Shown here: positions 52,345-64,000 of the stretch, piece by piece | Layout of the letters: every line of letters starts with the position of its first letter | Position numbering within the stretch: position 1 is the first letter of the stretch | Program-made: the position numbers and the translations under genes | Assembly: GCA_951804945.1 (NCBI GenBank) | Contig: OX638153.1 | Coordinates: 38,440,001-38,504,000 of the forward strand | Source of the DNA: Podarcis cretensis | Lineage: Eukaryota | DNA: 64,000 bases | Direction of reading: 5' to 3' | The notes under the pieces: generated by a model | Seen by the model: the letters and a program-made list of their open reading frames with translations, nothing else | Told to the model about the DNA's origin: nothing | Database searches by the model: none

Positions 52345-52700
52345 CTCTCTCTTTTTTGTATATAATTTTTATTAATTTTCCAATAAAAACAAATTTATAA
52401 CACAATTAAACATTAGGAATTCATCACACGTCTTTTTTCTTTTAGACTTCCATCAGCATGTCTGATAATTTTCCGTAATTATTACATATCTTCACATTTC
52501 TTCATTTATATTGGACTATGTATATCTTATCTTACCATGTTATTTAAACAATATTTCTACCAAACCTTCTTACAGAGCTTCTTGGAAACTTACAAACGTT
52601 ATATCATTATCACAAATCCTAAGGAGGTCTCTTGAAACTAACTTGCCATTCAGTTGCGTTAAACTAACTCCAGAGCATAGACAATACAAACCACAAATTA
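52345..52700 (-). mobile_element. Probable L1 3' end fragment
   Basis: T-rich start and TTTATT (minus-strand polyA signal and A-tail), with an AT-rich body like squamate L1 3' UTRs. Confidence 0.4.
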
Positions 52701-53083
52701 GTTAAAATAACAGTAAGAATGTTTCCTCAGATACCTTCAGGGTGAATTTTATTTTATTACAAAGCAATTAGGCAAATTCATGGAGGACACTGTTAACCAC
52801 AATACTGTAGTTCAGTGCAGATGCACTATGCCTCAAAGTACTGGATGCTGATGGAAACAGAGGAGGAACATAACTTTCTTGCCTTGTTTCCAAGTACCCA
52901 GGCATCTGGTAGACTATATACAGAATATTAGATTTAGATTACTGTACTTTAGTCTGATTGTGCAAGACAATTTGTACATTCTTAGAATGATGTTTGATTG
53001 TTGAATATACTATTCCCTCCCCCCGCCACTTAATCTTCAAAAAGCCCAGTGTTGCTTGGGCCCCATAGAACATTTGTATTTAA

Positions 53084-54208
53084 GTTGCAGATAAAATCGC
53101 TCAGATTCGGGAAGAAGTAGACTCCACCATGGGAGCAGGGCCGGGGTGGGAGAGTGCTAGAGACCTGTCTAGTCAAGTTGCATGGGATCAATTCCAATCT
53201 GTTACCTCTGAGGATGTGGACAGGCTGCTTGGACGAGTGAAGCCAACCACCTGTCTCCTGGATCCTTGCCCATCCGGGCTTATAAAAGCTAACCGGGAAG
53301 GACTGGGCGATGGGCTTCGTGGGGTGGTGAATGCTTCCCTCCGTGAGGGAGCCTTCCCAGACCTGCTGAAAGAGGCGGTTATTAAACCGCTTCTTAAAAA
53401 ACCATCTTTAGATGCGGCCACGATGGCCAACTATCGCCCAGTCTCAAATCTTCCATTCTTGGGCAAGGTGATTGAGCGAGTGGTTGCTGAACAACTCTAG
53501 GCACGCCTGGAAGAAGCGGACCATTTGGATCCCTTCCAGTCGGGATTCAGGCCTCATCATGGGACTGAAACTGCCTTGGTCGCACTGGTTGATGATCTCC
53601 GGCGGGCTAGGGACAAAGGTGAGAGCTGTTTTCTAGTTCTGATGGATCTCTCAGCAGCGTTTGATACCATCGACCATAACATCCTTCTGGACCGTCTTGA
53701 GGAGCTGGGAGCTGGGGGCACTGTCATACAGTGGTTCCGCTCCTTCCTCCTGGGCCGTGTTCAGAAAGTGGTGGGGGGGGATGAGTGTTCAGACCCCTGG
53801 GCTCTCACTTGTGGAGTGCCTTAGGGTTCTGTCCTCTCTCCCATGCTTTTCAATATTTACATGCAGCCGCTGGGAGAGATCATCAGGAGGTTTGGGCTGG
53901 GTGTTCATCAGTATGCGGATGATACCCAGCTCTACCTCTCTTTTAAATCAGAACCAGTGAAGGCGGTGAAGGTCCTGTGTGAGTGTCTGGAGGCGGTTGG
54001 ATGATGGATGGCGGCTAACAGATTGAGGTTGAATCCTGACAAGACAGAAGTACTGTTTTGGGGGGACAGGAGGCGGGCAGGTGTAGAGGATTCCCTGGTC
54101 CTGTTCAGGGAAGTTTTTAACGTGTGATATTTTAGTGTATTTTTGGTTTCTATGGAAGCCGCCCAGAGTGGCTGGGGAGGCCCAGCCAGATGGGCGGGGT
54201 ATAAATAA

Positions 54209-54238
<30 letters not shown>
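53084..54238 (+). mobile_element. L2-clade LINE, 5'-truncated, RT pseudogene with internal deletion
   Basis: KKPSLD...[65 protein letters not shown] motifs with premature stops (53498, 53822, about 54002); jumps at about 54100 to the 3' UTR; (ATT)n tail. Confidence 0.92.
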
Positions 54239-54239
<1 letters not shown>

Positions 54240-56508
54240 GCCAGGTTGACAATGACTAGGGGATGATCAGAAGGAACAGAGTAGCTGTTGGCAGATGGCT
54301 CCAACACAGAGTTGACAGTTCCAGTGGGCTGCCCATCTGGCAGCAAGTGACACATAGAGTACTTCTCCTGCCAGGAAATCATGGGAAATCATGCCTCTCC
54401 ATTTTGTGCCAGATAATGACTTTCTGAGCATAATTTCTTGCATGAGGAAACGCCCACCAAAACCTTCCAGTCTTCATTGGAGCCCTCTGCCCGTTGCCAC
54501 ATCTTCCCCCTTCCCCCAAGTGAATGTTTTGTTCTGGGTGTGTGTGTAGTGAAGATAATCGCTGATGGTGTGTTGATGTGGAAGCATAATAGAGACAGGA
54601 ATCTGTTTGAAATGAGCTATGCCTGCCTTTTATCTGCTTGTAACAGGCCAAACATGGGTGTTAGTAAAGTTGAGCACTCTGGCACTGCATGTTTGTCCTG
54701 TTCTGGTGTTTATTATTATCCAGGGATTTAAGGAAATCAAGATGGTTGGGTCACTTATCTTCCATTTTTAAAGAGACTCCTGACGATTAATGTTATTATT
54801 GGATGTTACATTTCTTTGTGAAGTTCTGGAAGTGTTAGTAGGCAGGAAAGCAGTACAATATGAATAAAGCCATTACCTTGAATGAGAAATTTCTGAAGAT
54901 ATAAGTATTGTTTAAAATTATTTAAACTTTATCCCTTGTATATTCATGTATTTTATCCCTTGAAAAGCAACTAAAAGGATAATATCCTTGAGGAAAGGTG
55001 TTGGGTATGACTCTGTAATAGTATCCATTCCTCTGCCTACCCTTCAATTGCTCTATCCAACATCCCATTCTGGGATAATAATGAACTTGGGTGGTGAGTA
55101 CTGAAAGAAATTGAGCTAGAATGGGGCTTTCAGAAACAAGGGGAACATATCAGCAAGTTCAGGGAAATCTCAAAGCCCAGTAAAATGGGAGTAATAAATC
55201 TGAAACAACCTGGATTGAGCCTGTACAGTAGCTAAACAATGAGAAGGAAAAGAATGGAATGGTCTGTTGGAGGCAGGTATGGCTAGCTGATGGAACTCTG
55301 AACTGGAGCACTCCAGTTAGAAGGTAAAGATACAGCGCAACTTATAATTGAAGGTCCTACTTGTAGGGTCCTACTTGTGGACATAAAAGTGACCTACTTC
55401 ATAGGTGTCAGCAAATCGCTGAGAATTTATGTAAAGCAGTTTGAGTACAATGGTTAATATTGTTCTTCAGTGTGAAGATTGTGTACAAATTCCCATTAAA
55501 CTGTGAATCTCTTTTGGTGATGCTGGAACAGACACACATAATAAGCTTATCTTACTTGAATGTTAGGAAGTAATGGAATCACCCCACATTACCCTTCTGA
55601 TCATTATGATAACTGTTAATTAATGCACTTGCAGAAGAGAGAAAACGTGCCATATTCTTATTGAAAAAACTTAGAATATTTTGCAAGCAAATTTTCTGAG
55701 GCACTGAAATTACTGGACCTTCCTCTCCCTCTGTGTAAAGTCCTTGTGTGCACAGGTGTACTGTCTCTGGATCACGCATGTGAACACGGCCCACTTTTAG
55801 TTCTGCTGCCCACTCATGGGTTTTCTCTCTCCAGACTTGTAATGCAGTCAATTGTCACATTTTGGCTGTGCCAGGGACACTTTATCTGAGACTACATATT
55901 TTGCTGCTCCACTCAGTCAAGAGAGCTAGGTTACTACCAGCTTGAACACACTTGGAAGTCAATTAAAGTAGCTCTGTGTTTAGGGTTATTGTGAGAATTA
56001 GGTTGTCATCTAATATTTTTTTTCTTACAGGTTGGTCTGGGTATATATGGGCTACACCTCCCAAATTTCTTTCTGGTAAAAACAAAATTTAAAATATCAG
56101 TATAGAAGCTTCCATAGGAAAGAGACAGTATTTGTTGTCATCAGCTTAATTTTAAACGGTCTTCAAAAAAAGAGTATGAAAAGGCTCTTGGATACGGATT
56201 AATAATTGATTCTTTGTGCAATGCTTGCTAACACTAAAATAAAAAATAAAAAATCAGCTGAAGCTGGCAAGGATTTTAGAGAGGCCACTGTGTGCTGCTT
56301 AGTCTTCTGCTGTGCTTCACTGCTTTTATCTGTTCTCAAGTTGTTTGCACAATCTTGCTGTGCCCAAGGGTTTTGTGTCAGAATAATTGCCTTATTTTTG
56401 CAAGCAGGCAATGCGAAGCTTCTTTGGTTGCAAATGGGTAAAATTTTCAGGGAACACTCTTTCTGAGTGAGGCTGATTTCCTCCTCGCCCTGGCTACCCT
56501 ATCTCTTA

Positions 56509-56880
56509 AAGGTAAAGGTAAAGGTAAAGGTACCCCTGCCCGTACGGGCCAGTCTTGACAGACTCTGGGGTTGTGCGCCCATCTCACTCAAGAGGCCGGG
56601 GGCCAGCGCTGTCCGGAGACACTTCCGGGGCACGTGGCCCAGCGTGACAAAGCTGCATCTGGTGAGCCAGCGCAGCACACGGAAACGCCGTTTACCTTCC
56701 CACCAGTAAGTGGTCCCTATTTATCTACTTGCACCCGGGGGTGCTTTCGAACTGCTAGGTTGGCAGGCGCTGGGACCGAGCAGCGGGAGTGCACCCCGCC
56801 GCGGGGATTCGAACCGCCGACCTTTCGATCGGCAAGCCCTAGGCGCTGAGGCTTTTACCCACAGCGCCACCCGCGTCCCT
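56509..56880 (-). mobile_element. Sauria SINE, full length, young
   Basis: Minus strand begins GGGACGCGGGTGGCGCTGTGGG, B box GGTTCGAATCC, (ACCTTT)n tail, CpGs intact, 14-bp TSD TACCCTATCTCTTA (56495-56508 and 56881-56894). Confidence 0.95.
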
Positions 56881-57824
56881 TACCCTATCTCTTAGTTTTG
56901 CATATTAAGATACCAGAAAATGTAAAAATCCACCTTGTACTGATACATTATTTACCTTCTAGCAAGCTTAATGTGAACAGCAATGGGATTAAAACAAAAT
57001 TAAGGGAATTTTAGCTTTGAATCTCAAGAACTACAATGTTCCAGTCACAGAACAGACCCTTTCTATCTACTCCTGCCTTCTGCAGCCTACTTTGCCCCAC
57101 CCCAAGCTGTGCTTGAGTGTCAGAGAGGCATCTGGAATAGGATTTTTATTTATTTGCACATTTGATGAGGCTTGGGGGGAGGAACAACAGGCAAGGCACG
57201 TCAGCAGAAATCCAAGAGCTTGCATAAACTCATATGATCATAGAATTTGCTTTATTCTAGATCTAGGGTGTATAAAATAGATGTATTTATTTATTTAGTG
57301 CAAATTATGCTTCACATAATTTGGATGCCAATTTCTTAATCTCTCTAAATAAACTGAAATAATTACAGTACACCTTGTTAGTTCTTGGTCTTTGTGGCTT
57401 AATGTCTTTATTTCTCAATCTGTGGGGGAAATGGAAGGGATATGTGGAAATCGTTGTCTTAGATGTGGATTTGGTTCCTTCCAGATAATGTTGCAATAGA
57501 AGAGGAACATTCATTATAGTTTTATTCCAGCATTGATTCTGACATTCTGAGACCTTTCTGGTTACTCACTTCAATAAGCTGTCAAGTTAAAACTGTATCC
57601 TTTTTTGCAACATTCACACTTGCCATGATCAGTTGCATTTATAGAAAAGAGGATCTTTCTCTTTACATGTTATGCACTCAAAATGTTCTGAAGGGCTTAC
57701 CATATTGAGCTTTGCATATTTTGCTAATTTTACAATAAATTTGTGGTGAGTGGGAAAAGTGTTAAGTGTTTGCATTATTTAGTGATGACATTGTAACGGT
57801 CCTCTTATTTTTTGTTTTTTTCCT

Positions 57825-57996
57825 NNNNNNNNNNNNNNNNNNNNNNNNNNNNNNNNNNNNNNNNNNNNNNNNNNNNNNNNNNNNNNNNNNNNNNNNNNNN
57901 NNNNNNNNNNNNNNNNNNNNNNNNNNNNNNNNNNNNNNNNNNNNNNNNNNNNNNNNNNNNNNNNNNNNNNNNNNNNNNNNNNNNNNNNNNNNNNNN
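57825..57996. other. Assembly gap (172 N)
   Basis: Run of N. Confidence 1.
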
Positions 57997-60900
57997 TTCA
58001 TATGTTCATACTCACTTTAAAAGAAAACAGCTTTTTTGCTGCAATAACATTTATGTTATACTTTTTGCTAGTAACAAATTGTTAATATGTTTTATGCTAC
58101 TCTTTGGCTTAAAAATCTCAGTTAGCTAATTAAGCATATAGTGTGGTTAATGATGCAACTGGATGCTAAATAATCATGATTTCTTTAGAGGACTTTTTTT
58201 CTTTTACAAAAAGATCTTAGGCTTTCAACTTCTAATTTTTAAATCAGTGAAACCTACAAAATTGATAATCCAGTTATTCTGTTATGAAATGGGTTGCTAA
58301 TATTTTCAAGTGGTTGTTTAAATATCTATCCATAATTATCATGTTTCCAATGTGGATACAAATCTCAAATGGTTTGGAATTAGGGGAAAGAACGATTACA
58401 TTTTCAAAAAATCACTTCTTTGGTTGAGATAATGAAATATTGATATCTCTTCAGCTGAGAAGACCAGGCTGTTCTTTCAGCTCCAGTGATAAAGATTAAA
58501 CTACTCCTAGCACTCATCATAAACTATGTGAGTGAGTGGTTTGGGCAGCTTTTAGTTTAATAATTCATACTAATGTCTACTTCAACATCAGTCTCGCCAG
58601 TGTTTAGCTAAATGTGCCATATAGCTTTTAGGAATTACTTAACAGAGAGCAATGGATTTTGTTGAAAAAAATATTTTCACAGATATTTAGTGCACAAATT
58701 TTGAGCAATATCTAATTGCTTATCAAACTTTGGAGATCAAGCAGTTAGTCTTGAGCATGGATGTCTGGGATCTAGACTGATCTTGTATTCAACTGTCCAG
58801 ATGGAGCAGAAAATGAATTTGCATTCATTCCAAGCTCCATGGGACACCTAGGATATATTGGAGGTCAAAATCATCAATTTAGGTTGGTTGTAGGAAGGCT
58901 GAAGACTGGGCAAGTGAATATGGGAACTGGTACTCAGAACAGTGAAGCCTTTTAATTCCAGTGAAGTTCAGAATGCGAGCCTCAAGTAAAGAACCTGTTA
59001 AAAGGATTCACTGCTTTGGAATTACTTGTTCAGCTGAAGTGAACTATTCCTGCAATGCCATTTTGACCAAATGTTTTATTTACACTTGTTTCCCACAATA
59101 TTTGCTGTTTCACTTCACAATGATATGCCATGAATTTCTCCCTAAACCTAGTAATTTTACTTGCAAAATATCATAGAACTGAATTAATAGAATTGAATGC
59201 ATAAACTTGTTTGAAAACATTTACTGTATTTCTGTGATTTCACATAACTCAAGTATAGTTTTAGGACATGCCAACATAATGGCATTAAACAATATTGTGC
59301 CAATGCAGTGTGTATCTGTGGCTAGGATGTGGTGGTATTTGCTAATCAGTGGGCTCTAAAGTCACAAGGAGCACACTCTATGTTATTTGTTGAGCTACAA
59401 TGTGGTAGCTCAACTACCTGCTTTGTCAGGTGGTATATAATACCATCCAAAGAAGGCAACTGACCAATTATCTGGCCTCAGGAAGTGCTCATCTACAGTG
59501 CCTTCACCTTGCCAGAATTCAGACTGGTTCTTTTTCTTCCTCCAGCCCACCACTGAGTCCAGGCTTGTATGTCCTTTTCTGATTCAGATAGCTTTAGTGC
59601 CCCTTGATATTTACTAACTAACCTAATTAAAAACATGGCTGTGGGGAAATGGCAGCCTGAGTCAGCAGACTAGTTAGACTGTGTGCAAGCTTCCATGACA
59701 TTATTTGGGAATCCAAGTTTAAGTTCTTGTGTTTGAATGCCACCCCCCCCCCATCTTTGACTGATAGGTTTGGAAGGCCAAGTTTGAGGAACTTTCAGCT
59801 GCATTTGTTGGCCTCAGATTGGATAATTATGATGCTGGAAAGATGTAGCTTTAACCTTCTCTTTGTTTTCTTACAAACCAGCCACCCAAATGGCACCACA
59901 TGGGCCTATTTTCTTTCTATTCAACATTATGTGCTTTCTGTATGTTTCTAAAAACAATTGGCTAGCTTTCTTCTTTTTTTGAGGGAATAACTGGGGGGTG
60001 GGGGTGGTTTCTTACAGAAGAAAACTACATATACTTGAGCTTAATGGGAACTTAGACCTTTACAGCACACCTGTGCCTCTGAAATGCTCCCCCACAAAAA
60101 AAAACATTCCTGCACATAGACAGCAAGTGTGCCAAGAAAAAGACCCCTGGAAATGGTTTCCCGTGGACACAGACATACATATGAAAGATTTGAGTATTGT
60201 ACTCAACCTCCTATCAGCCCCAACCAGCATGACCAGTGGTGATGGGTGTTGCAGTCCAGCAACATATAGAAGACCACAGGTTTCCCATTCCTGCTTTTGT
60301 CTCTGGTGCAGTATGGGCTAGGTGCTGCTGTGTTATAACAAACTTCATAACAAACAGCTCTCCTGCGTATCTTGTAAAGGCAGTACTAGAAAAAGTAACA
60401 TCAGAATTAACCTAAATACTCAGTCTGAAGTTGCAGTACACTTATTTGTCCTTGAATAAAACCATGTGACCTGTCTCTGCAGGGGTAACATGAGATGTAT
60501 TCTATGTCTCAAGGACTGATTTACTTTGCATATATGTGTGCCAGATGCTTGAGGCAGCTTTTAATGGGCTGTTATGATGTCAAACTCAGTAGATATTTGT
60601 ACATACAGTGTTCCAGTACTCCCTATTTGGCATAAAAATGCAAATGCATGTTTGAAGAAACATGGAAAGTTGATAAAAACCTGTGCATATACATTCTAGT
60701 CTCCATCCTTTTCTAAAGGGGTGTCTTTTAGCTTGGGAGTCTTTCACAGAAAGGCAAGAAGAAGTGCAGTGTAGGCTTGTGAATTGGAGGACTAGTTTTG
60801 GTAGAAAGGTGGGATAAATATAATTTGAATAATAAAGCTGGCTTTAGTATTGGCCTACCAACTGGACCTTAAACAAGTATCTGAGGTGTTTTGGAATTTT

Positions 60901-61935
60901 CATAGCAAATGTATCAAACTATGATGAAATAAGAGGCATTTGGGGAAAGTCTGTAGCAGTCTGTGCAGTAAAAATATGCTGGTCTCTTTCTGCTAAAATA
61001 AACTATTGTGTTTGAAAATAGACGATATGAATGTGTGCTAGCCAGCTCAGTTGTCCTTCTGCCAGATAAATGAATCTTGGAAGGTCTGCTTCATAGCCAT
61101 TAAGTCTTTTCAGATAAAATGTCAGCTTGCCACTGGGCACTGTGAAAAGCTCTCAACACCTATTCTTTTATGAAGTGTCCTCCTGACTTGACTTCTGGTT
61201 CTATTCTTTATACAATTGTGCCTGAGTATAGCACTGATCTTGCTGAGCCTGTTGCCTTCTCTGGAACACAATTCCCACTAGTCAAGTTTACATACTGAGA
61301 CAGAATCTTTGCTGCAACTTATGTTAAATGAATTGCCCATGTCACTTAACTGTTGTGTTAAAGACCTAGAAGTCATAAGAAGCAGCTTTGTATGATAACA
61401 TATATCACCATATAGAAGCTTTTATTCTTCTTGAACTAAAGGTATTCTCCAGCTGCTTGGCAAACCTAATTCAAGCACCATATGTGTCTTAATAATCCCA
61501 AAGGCCAGAGAAGAGCAATTAAGGTCTTATCATAAGCTGACCAGTTATGACATAGGTAGTTTAGACAGTAACAATTCAGTATTTACTATTGTTTTAACAT
61601 AATAATTATAAGTATAATTATTTATTAGAAAATACTTGATCATTATCGTTGGCTACCTGCTGATGGAAGCATGTGGACCACTGGTTCCATATCTGAATCT
61701 GCATTTGTGAAGTGGGGTGGGGGAACTGAGTATCATGTCCTTGATGTGTATGCTTTGTTACTTAGTCCAGTGGGCACATTATAAATTCCCCTTTGCTCTG
61801 AACAGATGCAAATGTCTACCAGCCATCACTATTGTTAAACTGTAGCAGATAGGTTTTCTAATGAACTGTAGTCGTAAAATGTATGTTTTTTAAAAAGTCT
61901 GGTGATGTTTATTTTCATTTTCGCTGAGTCATGTA

Positions 61936-62394
61936 CCGCGTTTGTCGCTCCATAAGATGCACCCCCCCAAAAAAAAGTATGGGGAAATGTGTGTGTGTGT
62001 CTTATGGAGCGAATGCAGGTGGGAGGCTCTTGCTGGAGCCGTGCGCTCTTTAAAGAGCTGCGCCTAGCATATGTGCGGATCTTGTGGGCTTGCTCTGCTG
62101 GCTTCTCAGCGAAGCAGGAGGAGGGACGGAAGGGGCTCCATGTAAGGGCTCCCTTTCATCCCTCATCCCGCTTTACTGGGAAGCCAGCAGAAGAAGAGGC
62201 ACTGCGCAGCTATCACTCTTGCTCTGCTGGCTTCAGCGAGAGCTGCGCAGCAGGAGAAGGGACGGAAGGGTTTAAAGCAAGAAAAGCAAGAGCCACTTAC
62301 ATGCTCTGCGCAGAATATATTTTTTCTTGCTTCTCCCCTCTAAAAACTAGGTGCATCTTATAGTCAGGTGCATCTTATGGAGCGAAAAATACGG
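61936..62394. mobile_element. Tc1/mariner-type MITE
   Basis: TIRs CCGCGTTTGTCGCTCCATAAGATGCACC / GGTGCATCTTATGGAGCGAAAAATACGG flanked by TA; internal direct repeat GCTCTGCTGGCTTC...GGGACGGAAGGG. Confidence 0.88.
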
Positions 62395-62992
62395 TAGTTG
62401 TTTTGCTCAGCAATATTGACACTGCTGGTGATTCTTGTTTATTGTAGTTCTCTGCATTATTGAGAACCAGGCAGCTGAAGGGCATCGTGATAAAGATAAT
62501 GTTAAGGGAATGAAATTCAGTATTCCTGTAGGAATGCACGAGTTCTCTAACCCAAATCCAGTCAGCTGAGGTCACGTGGCTGGAATTACACAGTTGGCTG
62601 CTAACTCTTTTTGGCTCAGTACCGCTGGGACTGCCTGCTAAAAAGCAAAAACTAAAGAGGGCATTGTGTGCTGCAACATAATGTTTACATAAAGTGTGTT
62701 TGAAGTCTCTCTGTTTAGAATATTTCATTTATGAAGAAGAATGACCTCTTAGAACTTTAAAATATTTTGGTTTTTTTTTCAGGTACTGTGAGCCAAATAC
62801 AAGTTCTGAGGCAGTCAAAGTTGTTTTACCTTCCCTATCTATGGGGAATCTGAAGTCCAATATAATATTGTACACCTTTTAAAACCAGTTTGCATACCTT
62901 ATTTAAGCCATTAAAAAGTTTTCTATTTAAATATACTGTAAATATACTTAAATTCCACATAGATTCCTTTAAAATATAAGTAGTAATATTTA

Positions 62993-63111
62993 GTTACAGA
63001 TAGGTAGCCGTGTTGGTCTGCCATAGTCAAAACAAAATAAAAAAATTCCTTCCAGTAGCACCTTAACTTAGTTGGTCTTTAAGGTGCTACTGGAAGGATT
63101 TTTTTTATTTT
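62993..63111. mobile_element. Penelope-like element terminal remnant with inverted segment
   Basis: GTTACAGATAGGTAGCCGTGTTGGTCTGCCATAGTCAAAACAAAAT...CCTTCCAGTAGCACCTTA resembles the lizard Penelope terminal repeat; 35-bp inverted repeat; 13-bp TSD GTAGTAATATTTA (62980-62992 and 63112-63124). Confidence 0.7.
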
Positions 63112-64000
63112 GTAGTAATATTTAAATTATAATATATATAGAAATATTACTGGTCAACATAGCAATTTATTTTCCAAAATCTTGAGTTTTTCAAGGCTGC
63201 ACCCTTCATGCTGATGGCAGAAGTTTAGAACTATCTTGTTGATAAAATTTCAGATGCAGTACTTCTGCCATAGATTTATTCAGAATATATATTTTTAATC
63301 TGGAAGGCAATGTATGTGTAACTCATTCGTGCTAATATCTAAACAACATTTTTTAGGAGTAGGTGGACGGATAGATGTTGTTATTTTATTTTCGAAGAAT
63401 TTGCAGTCTTTCAATCTGCTTTCTCTCATGTTGTTAAGCACAACAGCTATTTTCCTACCATTGTACACCGGCATGAATTATTTCTTCCTCCTGTGCTTTG
63501 AGCTGCTTGAAGCCTTCAAGTAAAGTAGAAGTGGGATTTGACCCATCTTACCATTATTGCTTATGTTCTCTTAAAGTTAAACATAATGAGAAACTTGATG
63601 CACATGAAATTGTTCACTCTTACCTTAGTGCCTCTGGAGTGGAGAACTATGGTCCGACTTACAGTGCTAATACTGCAGTTTCTCTTGAGCCATGCTTATA
63701 CTGAATCATAGTTTTCGCCATAGGAAGTTTTGCTATCTGAACAACACCTTTGTCAAAGAAAAAATAGAATATGTGCTCTATAGTAGAGGACATCAGCTAA
63801 TACAGATACTATAATCATTTTCAAAAATCCAATTTTGTTCCCTAGTAGTTCTTGAAATAAACCTAATGATTTAAGTAGGGCTACTGAGAATAATAAAATG
63901 TTCAAATCTTAAACTGGCAAAAAAGAGTTCTGGTCTCTACTGAATACAAATGGCTGCTTATAACTCGGCACTTCGTTTTGGCATTTTTCTAATGGATCTT

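Larger units (their letters stand above)
36223..64000 (+). other. CPEB3: CPEB3 intron 2 (continues beyond the window)
   Basis: No sequence matching the next CPEB3 coding exon was found before the window end (an exon inside the N gap cannot be excluded). Confidence 0.75.

Noticed and set aside
57782-57824. GTGATGA box C-like motif just before the gap
   Set aside because: Any box D or terminal stem would lie in the Ns; a single heptamer is not evidence for a snoRNA

Overview
Vertebrate (squamate, most likely lacertid lizard, judged from its SINE families) genomic window containing the head-to-head MARCHF5 / CPEB3 locus. On the minus strand, all six coding exons of MARCHF5 (mitochondrial RING-CH E3 ligase; 846 nt, 281 aa) can be spliced together with canonical GT-AG junctions, followed by a 3'UTR of about 4 kb. 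A CpG-island bidirectional promoter (about 26.7-27.9 kb) carries a ZNF143/THAP11-type motif. On the plus strand are a probable non-coding CPEB3 exon 1, the large first coding exon (prion-like/IDR N-terminus, 295 codons) and more than 27 kb of intron 2; exon 3 was not found. The rest is a typical squamate repeat landscape: L2, CR1, L1, RTE-derived elements, Sauria and other tRNA-derived SINEs, hAT and Tc1/mariner MITEs, a Penelope-like remnant and a possible solo LTR, plus a 172-N gap. Highlights: (1) a near-complete HDV-like double-pseudoknot ribozyme fold at the 5' end of an RTE-derived element in MARCHF5 intron 1, sense to the MARCHF5 pre-mRNA and about 2 kb from the CPEB3 promoter, while no copy of the mammalian CPEB3 intron-2 ribozyme was seen; (2) a spliced uORF that overlaps the CPEB3 start codon and ends in a TGATG stop/start overlap with Met7; (3) a 35-bp near-perfect Penelope-derived hairpin with a 13-bp target-site duplication in CPEB3 intron 2. 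Repeat family names come from recognition of the sequence, not from a database search.
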